Assembly (NCBI GenBank): GCA_947473325.1
Contig: CANJEJ010000005.1
Location: 1-60,590, forward strand
Direction: 5' to 3'
DNA length: 60,590 bases
DNA from: Alphaproteobacteria bacterium
GTDB lineage: Bacteria; Pseudomonadota; Alphaproteobacteria; SHVP01
Shown: positions 46,549 to 57,257 of the stretch, one piece after another
Position numbering within the stretch: the stretch's first letter is position 1
Layout: every line of letters starts with the position of its first letter
Notes under the pieces: model-generated
The model's database searches: none
Seen by the model: the letters and a program-made list of their open reading frames with translations, nothing else
Told to the model about the DNA's origin: nothing
Translations under genes and position numbers: made by a program

Positions 46549-47583
46549 ATGTTTTGGGGTTTTTTCGGTCTTGTCAGCGACTCCCTTGCCATCGACCTTG
46601 GCACCACCAACACGCGCATCTACATCCGTGGCCGCGGCATCGTTCTCGACGAGCCATCGGTCGTGGCGGTCAGCGAGTCCGAGCAGACGCGCCAGATCCT
46701 GGCGGTGGGCGAGAAGGCGGCGCGCATGATCGGCCGCACGCCGGTCAACATCCGCGCCGTCCGGCCGATGCGGGCCGGCGTCATCGGCGACTTCGAGATC
46801 GCGCAGGAAATGATCCGGCATTTCATCCGCCGCGCCAACAAGCGCTCGGACCTTGCCCGCCCGCGCATCATCATCACCGCGCCGTCGTCCTCCACCGCGG
46901 TGGAACGGCGGGCGATCCGCGAGGCGGCGGAAGCCGCCGGCGCCCGCCAGGTCTTTGTCATCGAAGAGGCGATGGCGGCGGCGATCGGCGCCGGCCTGCC
47001 CGTCACCTCTCCCACCGGTTCAATGGTGGTGGATATCGGCGGCGGCACCACCGACGCTGCGGTGCTGTCGCTGGGCGGCATCGTCTGCACGCAGTCCGTC
47101 GATGTCGGTGGCCAGGTGATGGACGAAGCCATCATGGGCCATGTGCGCCGCGTCTATAACCTGCTGGTCGGCGAAGCGAGCGCGGAACACGTCAAGAAGA
47201 CCATCGGCTCGGCCATCGTGCCGCAGAGCGGCGACGGCGCGACAATGGAGATCAGCGGCCGCGACCTTGCCAGCGGCGTGCCGCAGCGCATCACGGTGAC
47301 CGAGCAGGAAATCGCCCGCTGCCTGATGGAGCCGGTGGCCGCCATCGTCGGTACGGTGAAGAACGTTCTCGAACAGGTGAAACCGGAACTCGCCGCCGAC
47401 ATTGTCGACAGCGGCATTGCGCTGACGGGCGGCGCGGCTTTGCTGCGCGGCATCGACGTGGTGCTGCGCGAAGCAACCGGCCTGCCGGTCTTCGTGGCGC
47501 CCGACCCGCTGACCTGCGGCGTGCGCGGGGCCGGTCAGGCGCTGGAAGAAATGCGGACGCTGAAAACGGTGATCCAGAGCTAG
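46549..47583 (+). CDS. mreB: MreB/Mbl-family actin-like protein, stand-alone paralog
   Basis: AIDLGTTNT, EPSVVA, AAAIGAGLP, VDIGGGTT, LTGGAALL; no mreC follows. Confidence 0.88.
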   Translation: MFWGFFGLVSDSLAIDLGTTNTRIYIRGRGIVLDEPSVVAVSESEQTRQILAVGEKAARMIGRTPVNIRAVRPMRAGVIGDFEIAQEMIRHFIRRANKRSDLARPRIIITAPSSSTAVERRAIREAAEAAGARQVFVIEEAMAAAIGAGLPVTSPTGSMVVDIGGGTTDAAVLSLGGIVCTQSVDVGGQVMDEAIMGHVRRVYNLLVGEASAEHVKKTIGSAIVPQSGDGATMEISGRDLASGVPQRITVTEQEIARCLMEPVAAIVGTVKNVLEQVKPELAADIVDSGIALTGGAALLRGIDVVLREATGLPVFVAPDPLTCGVRGAGQALEEMRTLKTVIQS

Positions 47584-47598
47584 GGCAGCAACACTCCG

Positions 47599-47958
47599 TC
47601 AGGCCTTGCCCGCGCGCTCGCCTTTTTCCAGCACAAGGATGGCAGATTCCACGTCGCCGATCAGTTGGCCGATGAGGTGACGATAGGCCACCAGCAACGC
47701 ATCGGGTGTCCGCTTCTCGCCGACGATATGGCCAAGCGCGCTGGCGAAGCTCGGCTGGCGGAACATGTGGAAGCGCAGGCCGTCGCGGCCGAAGATCTCG
47801 CCCAGGCGACCGTTGATGTCCTGCCACAGGCGCTCAAGCTTCTTTTCGATGCCGGAATCAAGGCGGTTGGGGTCGATCGCCCGTAACTCGCCGAGAACGA
47901 CGCGCAGCATGGGAACCGCATCCCGGGGGCGCGGCACGGATGTGGCCGAGACACTCAT
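47599..47958 (-). CDS. Hypothetical protein
   Basis: ORF starting MSVSATSVPRP after an AAGGGAG RBS. Confidence 0.5.
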   Translation of the reverse strand: MSVSATSVPRPRDAVPMLRVVLGELRAIDPNRLDSGIEKKLERLWQDINGRLGEIFGRDGLRFHMFRQPSFASALGHIVGEKRTPDALLVAYRHLIGQLIGDVESAILVLEKGERAGKA

Positions 47959-48517
47959 TCCGGCTCCCTTCCGCGATGACTCGTCGGAACGCGGCGCGGC
48001 AAATCGTGACAAACCATTGCTACCCATGACTACCCCGATCATACCCTTCGATGCGTCGCGCGGATGCACGCCCGGGCTCACCACAAAACTGCGCTGCACG
48101 ATCCGATCTCCCGTCTTTCCCGGAATGAATGACCAAGCAAGGCAATGGTGCCTGACTACCGCGCCGCGCCAATAAAGAACGGCGGGGCCGGGTTGGGGAT
48201 CGGTGCGGAACCGCCGGCCCCGCCGCTGGAACGAACAGGAAAATCCGCGATCCCAGGGATCGGGAAATCCGCTGCTCATCCAGTACTGGCGCTAGCGGCG
48301 TCCGGTCTGCCGGGCGGCGAGCCCGCGACGCCGGTCGTTTTCCGCATATTGCGCGCATGGCGTCACACCATCGGAAAACCTGAACTCGTCATGAAACCGA
48401 TATAGGCAGGCCGGACGTTTCCTGCTGTGGCAATATCGTGGCATGTTGGGCGTCGGAAAACCGGTAGGCCCATGCCGCAATTCCGCCGCGACGCGCTGCT
48501 ACGAGGACCGGCCCGTG

Positions 48518-49033
48518 ATGTCCACTCTGCGCCTGTTCCGACCCATCGTACCGATCGCGCTGGCTGCTTTGCTGGCCGGCTGCGCCGCCTTGGCGCCGCC
48601 GCGCACCAGCGGCGATCCCGTGCCTGCCGCTGCCACCGCACGCCCGGAGACGCCGCCCACCGTCCTGCCCCCGCCACCGGCTGCCCCGCCGCCGGCCGAA
48701 ACGCAGCGGGCGATGACCACCCCACCGACCGCCCGGCCACCGGTTTCGCCCGTTCCGCCAGCGATGCCGAACGATCCCGTCATTCTGGTCGGCCTGTCCC
48801 AGGAGCAGGCCAATGCCATGCTCGGGCCGCCTTCGAGCATCCGGCAGGAAACCCCGGCTACGGTATGGGCGTATAGGATAGGCGATTGCCAACTGGACCT
48901 TTTCTTCTACGAGGACGTTAAGACGAGGCGGCAACAGTCCCTCGCCTACGAACTCCAGACCCGTGAAAAGACCGACCAGGCGCAGCGCGCTTGCTTCAAC
49001 AGAATTTGGACCGTGAAGAATGGCCGCCCCTGA
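48518..49033 (+). CDS. Pro-rich lipoprotein
   Basis: Lipobox LLAGC; LVGLS....MLG.PS..R.E.PA.VWAY....C.LDLFFY. Confidence 0.75.
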   Translation: MSTLRLFRPIVPIALAALLAGCAALAPPRTSGDPVPAAATARPETPPTVLPPPPAAPPPAETQRAMTTPPTARPPVSPVPPAMPNDPVILVGLSQEQANAMLGPPSSIRQETPATVWAYRIGDCQLDLFFYEDVKTRRQQSLAYELQTREKTDQAQRACFNRIWTVKNGRP

Positions 49034-49772
49034 GGACAACGCCACCGACAAGCGCATCGTAATCGTCGATGACGACGACCTGTTCCGCGAATCCGTCACC
49101 GAGAACCTGCGCGAGGCCGGCTACCTCGTGGTCGGCTTCGACCGGGGGCCGAAATTCCTCGAGTTCATGCGCAAGGAACAGGGCATCGACCTGATCCTGC
49201 TCGACTGGAAGATGCCCGAAATGAACGGCATCGAGGTTCTGCGAACGCTGCGCAAGGACGGTTTTGAGGTACCGGTCATCTTCCTGACCGTGCTGAGCGA
49301 CCAGGTCTATGAAGAGGCCGCGCTGACCACCGGCGCCGTCGACTTCGTGGAAAAGTCGCGCAGCTTCTCGATCCTGCTGAAACGCATCCAGCTGATCGAA
49401 GGCGGCGCCCGCGGCGGCGCACCGGCCGCCGATACGCTGGAAACAGGGCCCCAGACGCTGGGGCTGCTCCGGCTCGACGGCCAGCGCGCCTTCTGGCGCG
49501 AGAACCAGGTCGACCTCAGCCTGACGGAATACCGCATCGTCAGCATGCTGGCGCAGAAGGCCAACAAGGACGTCAGCTACAGGGAGATCTATGACCTCGT
49601 GCATGGCGAGGGCTTCGTCGCCGGTGCGGGCGAGGACGGCTATCGCGCAAACGTTCGCACCTTCATCAAGCGGATCCGGCAGAAGTTCCGCGATCTCGAC
49701 GACACCTTCGATCGCATCGAGAACTATCCAAGCTACGGCTATCGCTGGGCGACCGGCGCCGACGACGCATAG
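49020..49772 (+). CDS. OmpR-family response regulator (ChvI-like)
   Basis: IVDDD, LILLDWKMP, FLT, DFVEK, IKRIRQKFR..D..FDRIE.Y..YGYRW. Confidence 0.9.
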   Translation: MAAPEDNATDKRIVIVDDDDLFRESVTENLREAGYLVVGFDRGPKFLEFMRKEQGIDLILLDWKMPEMNGIEVLRTLRKDGFEVPVIFLTVLSDQVYEEAALTTGAVDFVEKSRSFSILLKRIQLIEGGARGGAPAADTLETGPQTLGLLRLDGQRAFWRENQVDLSLTEYRIVSMLAQKANKDVSYREIYDLVHGEGFVAGAGEDGYRANVRTFIKRIRQKFRDLDDTFDRIENYPSYGYRWATGADDA

Positions 49773-49780
49773 GGCGCGCC

Positions 49781-51262
49781 ATGACCTGGCTGTGGCGGTC
49801 CGTTGGCGGCAAGCTTCTGCTTGTGCTGCTGATCTTCGTCGCCGTACCGGTCATTGTCGCGCAGCAGTTCCAGGCCGCCGAGCAGCAGCGCAAGTCGATC
49901 CTGCTGAAGGCGCTGCAGGACCAGGGCCACCTGGTCGCACTGAGTGTCCTGCCACTCCTTGAAACCTACCGGCCCCAGGCCCTGCCCGAACTCAACCGCC
50001 AGGTCGCGCGGATGGGCAGCGAGCGCATGCGCCTCAAGGTTTTGTTCCAGCCGACCGGCGCCGCGGATGGCGGCTTCTTCTTCGTCGCCGTCGCGCCGCA
50101 GGTGGGGGCGCCCTATCTCGACCGTGACCTGCAGGAACTGATCGACACCGGCATACTCGACCAGGTGGGCGCGACCTGCAGCGACAGCCGCCAGCTTGCC
50201 ATCCGCTACCGCAACCCGGCGGGCGAGGCAGAGCTGATGACCTCGGCAAGCCCCGTGCGCACGCCGGCCGGCTGCTGGCTGGTGATCACCTCGCAGACGG
50301 CGAGCGACGTGGTCGGCTCGGCCATCCTGCGGCCCTTCTGGCAGGAACCGGAAATCCGCGTTGCCGCGGCAATCTACATCGTCATGGCGGTGCTCGTTCT
50401 GCTGCTGCTGCTCGGCCTCTGGGGCAGCTTGCGCCGCTTCGCCCAGCGCGCGCGCGAGGTGCGCGCTGGCGTCGGCGGCGACGCGCCCTTTGCCGCCACC
50501 AACCGCATCCCCGAGCTCAACAGCGTCGCCGGTGAATTCGACCGGCTGGTCGCGGCGATGCGCGATTCGGCGCGCGCGCTGCGCAACGCGGCCGAGGAAA
50601 ACGCGCATGCCTTCAAGACACCGCTCGCCACCATCGCCCAGGCGGTGGAGCCGCTGCGCCGCGCCATCGCGCCGGAGGATGCCCGTGCCCAGCGCGCACT
50701 GGAGGTGATCGAACGATCGGTGACCCGGCTGGATTCGCTCGTCACCGCCGCGCGGCGCATGGACGAGACGATCGCCGAACTGATGAATCCGCCGCGCCAT
50801 CGCGTCGACCTGTCACGCCTGATCGAGCACATGATGCGCACCTATGGCAAGCAGACCGACCCGACCCAGCCGCAGGTGAAAATGACGGTGGAGCCAGGCC
50901 TGTTCGTCTTCGCGAGCGAAGACCTGTTCGAGACGGTGGTCGAGAATCTGCTGGAAAACGCCTTCAGCTTCTCGCCCGCGAGCACCGCGGTCGATGTCAC
51001 ACTGAAGCGCCGCCGCGGCCAGGCGGTGCTGTCGATCGAGGACCGCGGCCCCGGTGTGCAGCCGGAAAACCTGGAGCTGATCTTCGACCGCTATTTCACC
51101 CTGCGCCCGCACAACGGCACCGGACATGGCGCGCCCGGCAACCAGGGCCTGGGCCTGTGGGTCGTCCGCCGCAATATCGAAGCGGCCGGCGGTACGGTGA
51201 AGGCTTTAAACCGGCCCGGCGGCGGTTTGTCGGTGGAAGTCACCCTGCCTCTCGCACGCTGA
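49781..51262 (+). CDS. Membrane sensor histidine kinase (ChvG-like)
   Basis: 2 TM segments, HAMP, H-box AHAFKTPL, NLLENA, EDRGPG, GLGL. Confidence 0.9.
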   Translation: MTWLWRSVGGKLLLVLLIFVAVPVIVAQQFQAAEQQRKSILLKALQDQGHLVALSVLPLLETYRPQALPELNRQVARMGSERMRLKVLFQPTGAADGGFFFVAVAPQVGAPYLDRDLQELIDTGILDQVGATCSDSRQLAIRYRNPAGEAELMTSASPVRTPAGCWLVITSQTASDVVGSAILRPFWQEPEIRVAAAIYIVMAVLVLLLLLGLWGSLRRFAQRAREVRAGVGGDAPFAATNRIPELNSVAGEFDRLVAAMRDSARALRNAAEENAHAFKTPLATIAQAVEPLRRAIAPEDARAQRALEVIERSVTRLDSLVTAARRMDETIAELMNPPRHRVDLSRLIEHMMRTYGKQTDPTQPQVKMTVEPGLFVFASEDLFETVVENLLENAFSFSPASTAVDVTLKRRRGQAVLSIEDRGPGVQPENLELIFDRYFTLRPHNGTGHGAPGNQGLGLWVVRRNIEAAGGTVKALNRPGGGLSVEVTLPLAR

Positions 51263-51500
51263 GGGCGCAGCGTCTGCCCGGCCCACTTTTTGTCACAAGA
51301 ATGCCGCGTGCTTGTCGCACCCCAGGAAAGCGGTGGTCTGGCATGTTTTGCGGGCCCGGAGTCGCGGGTTCATGCCCCACACGATGACATTCTCCGTCCC
51401 CCTAGCGGCGCTTATCGTGATGAACCCGTGACCTCCGGGCAAACTCTTCCTGAATTCAGAAGATCGCGGGCGGCCAGAAGGCCGCTCCTTTCGTTTGGCC

Positions 51501-51881
51501 TTAAGGCCGCCGCACCAGCAGCCCGGCCAGCGCGAGCGCCAGCCAGCCGGCGATGAGGGCGAGGCCGCCGACGGGCATCATCACCCCCGGCCCGCCCGCC
51601 TCGGTCAGCGCCCGCCAATAGAGCCCGCCCGAGAACAGCAGCGTCCCCCCGGCAATAAGGCCGAGGCCCGTATGTGCGGCACGCACCGCGCCGCCCGACA
51701 GGCGATCCGCCAGCGCGGCGCCAGCCAACAGCGCGACGGCGTGCAACGCGTGATAGGCCTGCGCCGTGGCGAACCAGCTCTGCTGGATCGCCGAGCCGCC
51801 AAAGCCATGCGCGCCATAGGCGCCCAGCGCGACCGCCGCCGCACCGGCAAGGCCGGCGATGATGAGCCAGAGACGGGACAT
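51501..51881 (-). CDS. DUF423 (YgdD/TMEM256) membrane protein
   Basis: AVALGAYGAHG, TAQAYHALH, GTLLFSGGLY, PVGG...IAGW. Confidence 0.88.
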   Translation of the reverse strand: MSRLWLIIAGLAGAAAVALGAYGAHGFGGSAIQQSWFATAQAYHALHAVALLAGAALADRLSGGAVRAAHTGLGLIAGGTLLFSGGLYWRALTEAGGPGVMMPVGGLALIAGWLALALAGLLVRRP

Positions 51882-51893
51882 CGGTTCTCTCCC

Positions 51894-52937
51894 CTATTGC
51901 ACGCGGATGATGACCTTGCCGATCTTGTCGCCGCCGGCCATGTAGGCGATGGCGTCGTTGACCTGGCCGAAGTCATAGATGCGGTCGATCACCGGCTTCA
52001 CCTTGTGAGCGGCCATCTGTGTCAGCAGGTTCACGAACATGGCGCGGCTGCCGACGATGACGCCCTTGAGCGTCAGGTCGCGGATGATGAGGAGCGGCAG
52101 GCGGGTCAGCGGCTTGGGCACCGGGTCCTTGCGGTCGGGCGCCACGGCGTTGGCGCCGACATACATGACGCGGCCGCCGGAAACGCAGGATTCAAGGCAC
52201 TGGTCGACTTCCGACATGCCGACATTGTTGACCACGATTTCGGCGCCGCGGCCCCCGGTGAGGTCCATCACCGCCTTCGCCCACAGTGGCGTGGTGCGAT
52301 AGTTGATGCCGTCGTCGGCGCCCAGCGCCTTCATGCGCGCGATCTTGTCGTCGGAGGAGGAGGTGACGATGACGCGCGCGCCCAGCATCTTCGCCCATTG
52401 CATGCAGAAGACCGACACGCCGCCAGTGCCTGTGGTGACGACAGTCTGGCCGGCCTTCACGCCGCCGCTTTCCACCACGGCGTTCCAGGCCGTCAGGCCG
52501 GCGCTTTGCAGCGTGGCGGCTTCCTCATAACTGATGCTGTCGGGCAGGCGGATGAGCGGCGCGGCCGGCACGATGGCCTGTTCCACCAAGAAGCCGTCAA
52601 GTGTCTGGGCGAAGTCCTCCGCGCGCATCGACACGTCCCAGTTGCCGTCGAGCCAGCGCCAGTAATGCGTCATGGTCACGCGGTCGCCCGGCTTCACATG
52701 GGTGACGCCGTCGCCGACCGCGATCACGTCGCCCGCGTTGTCGGAGAGCGGAATGCGCGTCGGCGCGACCGTCTGGCCGAACTGCAGCCCGCGCATGATG
52801 GAGAGGTCGCGCGCGTTCAGGCCGGTGGCGCGGATGCGGACCAGCGCCTGCCCCGGGCCGGGCGGCGGCAGCAGCGGCCGATCGACCAGCCGGAGCTTGC
52901 CCGTCTGGGCGAAATCCTGGATTTCGTAGGCTTTCAT
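51894..52937 (-). CDS. MDR-family NAD(P)-dependent oxidoreductase
   Basis: LNARD, IPLSDNAG.V, AGLTAWNA, GTGGVS, KPVIDR, GKVII. Confidence 0.9.
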   Translation of the reverse strand: MKAYEIQDFAQTGKLRLVDRPLLPPPGPGQALVRIRATGLNARDLSIMRGLQFGQTVAPTRIPLSDNAGDVIAVGDGVTHVKPGDRVTMTHYWRWLDGNWDVSMRAEDFAQTLDGFLVEQAIVPAAPLIRLPDSISYEEAATLQSAGLTAWNAVVESGGVKAGQTVVTTGTGGVSVFCMQWAKMLGARVIVTSSSDDKIARMKALGADDGINYRTTPLWAKAVMDLTGGRGAEIVVNNVGMSEVDQCLESCVSGGRVMYVGANAVAPDRKDPVPKPLTRLPLLIIRDLTLKGVIVGSRAMFVNLLTQMAAHKVKPVIDRIYDFGQVNDAIAYMAGGDKIGKVIIRVQ

Positions 52938-53032
52938 GGCGATCCTGCTCAAGCGTGCATTTCTTCGCGGGCGGAGACTATCTCCTCGACCCCTGGTGTG
53001 GCGAGAAATTCGGCAGTTGCATTCGACACAGA

Positions 53033-53061
53033 AAAGCGGCGCCGCTTGCGCGGCGCCGTTT
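53033..53061. terminator. Probable terminator
   Basis: AAAGCGGCGCCGC-TTGC-GCGGCGCCGTTT. Confidence 0.6.
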
Positions 53062-53079
53062 CCCTTCTGGCTGGTATTT

Positions 53080-53952
53080 CTAGCGCGAGGACATCGGTCC
53101 CGGACGCACGTCGGTGTAGTAGATCTCGACCAGGCGGTTGCGCGGTTCGCGCACCCCGTCAGCCGTGGCGACCGGCGGCTCGGTTTCGCCGACCCAGCCG
53201 ACTGTCACGCGTTGCGATGGTACACCTTGCTGCAACAGGGCGTTGCGGACCGCATTGGCGCGCTTGTCGGACAGCACTTCGTTGTAACCCGTCGTCCCCG
53301 AGCGATCGGTCTTGCCCGTCAGGCGGACATGCAGCGTGCCGTCGTTGCGTCCGTCCAGCGCCGTCTTGGCGATGATCCGGCGGGCGTCGGTGCTCAGTGC
53401 GGCGCTGTCATGCTCGAAGAAGATGTTCTCGCTGAACACGGGCACCGGGCGGGTCGGCGCGGCCACGGGCACGAAGGCAGGCGCAAGCGGCGCCGGTGCG
53501 GCGAGCGAAGCGACGCCAATTGACTGGCAGGACCTGGCCGTGGCGAGAGATGTGGCCGGGCGAAGGCCCATTTCCAGGTTCTTGCAGGCAATTTCGTCGA
53601 TATCGAAGCCTCGCGCCCATTCGGTGGTGGTGGTCATCGGCTGGATCTCGTCGCCCGTGACCATCGCAGAGCGGTAGAGCGGTTCGGCCTGCTCCATCTT
53701 GCCCTGGCGCTGCAGCGCGGCACCGAGGTTCAGCTGATAGAAGGCTTCATTAGGGTTGGCACGAAGTGCGCCATCGAAATACTGCGCGGCGGTCACGTAG
53801 TCGCCGCCGTTGAGCGCCTTGTAGCCAACGCTCGATGCCGTCGTGTTGTAGTAGTTGTTGGCGTTGTTCGCTGCCGTTTGATCGCCCATGGCGCAGGCGC
53901 CAAGAAGCAGAAGGCCGAGCGGCAGTGCCCGGACGAGCCGATTGCGGACCAT
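53080..53952 (-). CDS. Lipoprotein with an N-terminal TPR and a C-terminal OmpA-like peptidoglycan-binding domain
   Basis: Lipobox LLGAC; TPR helices (YQLNLGAALQRQG..EQAEPLY); FFEHDSA.L, GKTDRSG..YN..LS.KRA.AV, NRLVEI. Confidence 0.85.
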   Translation of the reverse strand: MVRNRLVRALPLGLLLLGACAMGDQTAANNANNYYNTTASSVGYKALNGGDYVTAAQYFDGALRANPNEAFYQLNLGAALQRQGKMEQAEPLYRSAMVTGDEIQPMTTTTEWARGFDIDEIACKNLEMGLRPATSLATARSCQSIGVASLAAPAPLAPAFVPVAAPTRPVPVFSENIFFEHDSAALSTDARRIIAKTALDGRNDGTLHVRLTGKTDRSGTTGYNEVLSDKRANAVRNALLQQGVPSQRVTVGWVGETEPPVATADGVREPRNRLVEIYYTDVRPGPMSSR

Positions 53953-54381
53953 TGTTGTTCTCCGTGATTTTGTGGTCCTGCATCCGACTGCCTGCCCTCC
54001 ACGGCTCCCGGCGGTTGATGCAACCATCCACACAGGGCAAACGGCAGGTCCATCGCAGTATCACGGGAAATTACGCTTGCCTCACCGTTCACCCACCCGT
54101 GTCCTTTCACGCGTATGGCGGTGCGTGCGGCGGCGGAAGAAAGCGCGCCTTTGAACGCGAAGCGCGTGCAAATTCCTGATTCGATCGGAAACCATCAGCC
54201 GATCCTGTCGGCCGGGCAGCCCGCGATCAGCGCGCTCAGAATCCGCACGTAACCGACCTTCCATCGGCAGAACATTCGGGACCGATTAAGGCAAGTGTCA
54301 TTGCGCAGGCCTTGGGTCACACCATGGAGCTGCACGATGACCGCCTGAGCCGGCCAGAGCATCCCCAGGAGCGGTCAGGCC

Positions 54382-55464
54382 CTATTGCTGGGCCATGCGT
54401 CGACCTGACTGCAGGAAGTAGTGGAACCGGTCGGGCGCCACGAAGAGTGGCAGCGATTCGCCCGCACGAATTCGATGAATGCCGGGAAGCCGCGCCATGA
54501 TGCGATCCTCTGAGCCGACCAGACGCCCATGCAAGACCGAATCCGCGCCGAGCACTTCGACAAGATCTATCCCAACCACCAATCGCACGGCCTCTCCCTG
54601 GCCATTCGGCTGGAGGTGGATGTCCTCGGGACGAATCCCCACAATGATATCCTGCGCCGGACTTGGACTATCCAACGACGTCAACGGCTGCCCACCACGC
54701 AGGGTCAGGGTTCGCGACTCGCCGTTGACGGAGACCGGTAGAAAGTTCATGGCCGGAGACCCTATGAAGCTCGCAACGAATGTCGTCGCGGGCCGCTCAT
54801 AGACTTCGACAGGCGAGCCAACCTGCTCTGCCACGCCCTTGTTCATCACCACCAGACGGTCGGCAAGCGTCATCGCCTCGACCTGATCGTGGGTAACGTA
54901 GACGCTCGTGGTGCGTAGCGCCTGCTGCAGGCGGCGGATTTCCACCCGCATATGGACCCGGAGCTTGGCGTCCAGATTGCTTAGAGGCTCGTCGAAAAGA
55001 AATACCGCTGGCTTGCGCACGATCGCTCGTCCCATGGCAACGCGCTGGCGTTGACCGCCGGAGAGCTGACGGGGTGTGCGCTCAAGATATTCGTCCAACT
55101 CGAGAATTCGGGCCGCATCGCGCACCCGCACCTCGATCTCCTCCCGCGGCGTGCGGCGATTGCGCAGGCCATAGGCCATGTTGTCGAACACAGTCATGTG
55201 GGGGTAGAGCGCGTAATTCTGAAAGACCATGGCGATGTCGCGATCCTTTGGCTCTCGCTCGTTCACCACCTTCCCACCGATGGCAACGGTTCCGGCAGAT
55301 ACGCGCTCCAACCCCGCGATCATGCGAAGAAGAGTTGATTTGCCGCAGCCCGATGGGCCCACCAGCACGACCAGCTCGCCGTCGGCGATCTCGAGATTGA
55401 CGCCATGGATCACCTCCAGCGATCCATAGCTCTTGCGCACGTCTTTCAGTTGCAGCGTTGCCAT
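54382..55464 (-). CDS. ugpC: sn-glycerol-3-phosphate ABC transporter ATPase
   Basis: [42 protein letters not shown]. Confidence 0.92.
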   Translation of the reverse strand: MATLQLKDVRKSYGSLEVIHGVNLEIADGELVVLVGPSGCGKSTLLRMIAGLERVSAGTVAIGGKVVNEREPKDRDIAMVFQNYALYPHMTVFDNMAYGLRNRRTPREEIEVRVRDAARILELDEYLERTPRQLSGGQRQRVAMGRAIVRKPAVFLFDEPLSNLDAKLRVHMRVEIRRLQQALRTTSVYVTHDQVEAMTLADRLVVMNKGVAEQVGSPVEVYERPATTFVASFIGSPAMNFLPVSVNGESRTLTLRGGQPLTSLDSPSPAQDIIVGIRPEDIHLQPNGQGEAVRLVVGIDLVEVLGADSVLHGRLVGSEDRIMARLPGIHRIRAGESLPLFVAPDRFHYFLQSGRRMAQQ

Positions 55465-55474
55465 GCCGACCGCC

Positions 55475-56323
55475 TCATTTTTCCGTATCCGTCAGACCGC
55501 GCACAAATTGCCGTTGCATGAAGACGATCACCAGCACCGGGGGCAGCATGGCGAGGATTCCCAGCGCCATGATCAGGTTCCACTGCACCACGCCGTCTTG
55601 CACATTGGCCTGGCGCGATACGGTCATCACAATCGTATAAAAGCTTTCCTTGGTCGTGATCAGCAGGGGCCAGAGATGCTGGTTCCAGCCATAGATGAAC
55701 TGGATGACGAAGAGCGCGGCAATGCTGTTCCGGCTCATCGGCAGCAGGATGTCGCGAAAGAAGCGCAAAGGTCCTGCGCCATCGACCCGCGCTGCCTCGG
55801 CCATTTCGTCGGGCACTGACAGGAAGAACTGGCGAAACAGAAAAGTCGCCGTTGCCGATGCGATCAGCGGGATGATGAGGCCGGCGTAGGAGTCCAGCAT
55901 TCCCAGCGACGCAACGACGCTGAACGTGGGCACGATGCGTACTTCGACAGGCAGCATAAGTGTGACGAAGATGAGCCAGAAGCAGGTCATGCGCAGGGGA
56001 AAGCGGAAATAGACGATGGCGAAGGCTGCCGTGATCGAAATGGCGATCTTTCCGATTGTTATGCCCAGCGCCATGACCAGACTGTTGAACAGCACCAGCC
56101 ATTGCGGCACGCGGGAGGCCTGACCGAACCCCTCGAACAGCACGGTCGCGTAGTTGTCCAGCAAATGGGTTCCGGGGATCATTGGTGCCGGCGGCCGCAG
56201 CATGGTCGCCGCTTCATGGGTCGAGGCAACAAAGGCCACCCATACCGGCAAGACGATGACCAGGCAGCCTGCCAGCAGCACAAGATGCGACAGGACGGTG
56301 AGCCAGGGACGATTCTCGACCAT
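55475..56323 (-). CDS. ugpE: sn-glycerol-3-phosphate ABC permease
   Basis: [31 protein letters not shown] loop. Confidence 0.92.
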   Translation of the reverse strand: MVENRPWLTVLSHLVLLAGCLVIVLPVWVAFVASTHEAATMLRPPAPMIPGTHLLDNYATVLFEGFGQASRVPQWLVLFNSLVMALGITIGKIAISITAAFAIVYFRFPLRMTCFWLIFVTLMLPVEVRIVPTFSVVASLGMLDSYAGLIIPLIASATATFLFRQFFLSVPDEMAEAARVDGAGPLRFFRDILLPMSRNSIAALFVIQFIYGWNQHLWPLLITTKESFYTIVMTVSRQANVQDGVVQWNLIMALGILAMLPPVLVIVFMQRQFVRGLTDTEK

Positions 56324-56332
56324 CGCGCGGAC

Positions 56333-57211
56333 CTAATAGTGAATGCGGCGTTCGATGAAGCGGAACTGCACCACCGTCAGGACGACGACGATGCCCATCA
56401 GAATGGCCGACTGCGCCGCCGAGCCGCCAAAGTCCTGGCCGCGGAAGCCGTCGGAATAGACCTTGTAGACAAGGATCTCCGTCGAGCGTGCCGGACCGCC
56501 CTTGGTCAGCGCATCGATAATGCCGAAGGTGCCAAAGAAGGCGTAGATGATGTTGACGACCAGGAGGAAGAAGCCGGTCGGCGCCAGCAGCGGAAAGACA
56601 ATGGACCAGAAGCGGCGGCCGGGGCCGGCGCCGTCAATGGCGGCCGCCTCTATCAGTGCCCGCGGGATCGACTGCAGGCCGGCCAGGAAGAAGACGAAAT
56701 TGTAGCTGACCTGATTCCAGCAGGCCGCCGCGATGACCAACAGCAGCGCCTGATTGCCGTTGATCTGGTGGTTCCAGGCGACGCCCATCAGGTTGAGGTA
56801 GTAAGGCAGCAAGCCCGCGCCGGGATTGAACAGGAAACCCCAGAGCACGCCAGCCACCGCCGGCGCCACGGCATAAGGCCAGATCAGCAGACTGCGATAG
56901 GCGCCCGCGCCACGCAGGCTGCGATCGGCGGTGGTGGCCAGCAACAAGGCAAGCGCAAGACCGATGGTGGCGACGGCGATGCTGAAGATGGCGGTGGTCT
57001 CGAACGAGGCCCAGTAGCCTTCGTCGTCGAACAGCCGTTCGAAATTGCGGAACCAGACGAAGCGCGACGAGCCGCCGAACGCATCCTCCAGCAGCATCGA
57101 CTGCCAGATAGCTTCGCCTGACGGCCAGATGAAGAAGACCAGGGTGACGATCAGCTGCGGTCCGAGCAGCAGATAGGGCAGCAGACGGTCGTTGAAGATC
57201 GCGCGTTTCAT
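56333..57211 (-). CDS. ugpA: sn-glycerol-3-phosphate ABC permease
   Basis: PYAVAPA, SYNFVFFLAGLQSIP, LVYKVY.DGF, SAAQS. Confidence 0.92.
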   Translation of the reverse strand: MKRAIFNDRLLPYLLLGPQLIVTLVFFIWPSGEAIWQSMLLEDAFGGSSRFVWFRNFERLFDDEGYWASFETTAIFSIAVATIGLALALLLATTADRSLRGAGAYRSLLIWPYAVAPAVAGVLWGFLFNPGAGLLPYYLNLMGVAWNHQINGNQALLLVIAAACWNQVSYNFVFFLAGLQSIPRALIEAAAIDGAGPGRRFWSIVFPLLAPTGFFLLVVNIIYAFFGTFGIIDALTKGGPARSTEILVYKVYSDGFRGQDFGGSAAQSAILMGIVVVLTVVQFRFIERRIHY

Positions 57212-57219
57212 GGCAGAAC

Positions 57220-57248
57220 CAGTGCCCCGGATGGATTCCGGGGCACTG
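57220..57248. other. Intercistronic hairpin between ugpB and ugpA
   Basis: CAGTGCCCCGGA-TGGAT-TCCGGGGCACTG. Confidence 0.55.
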
Positions 57249-57257
57249 TGTCCCTAC

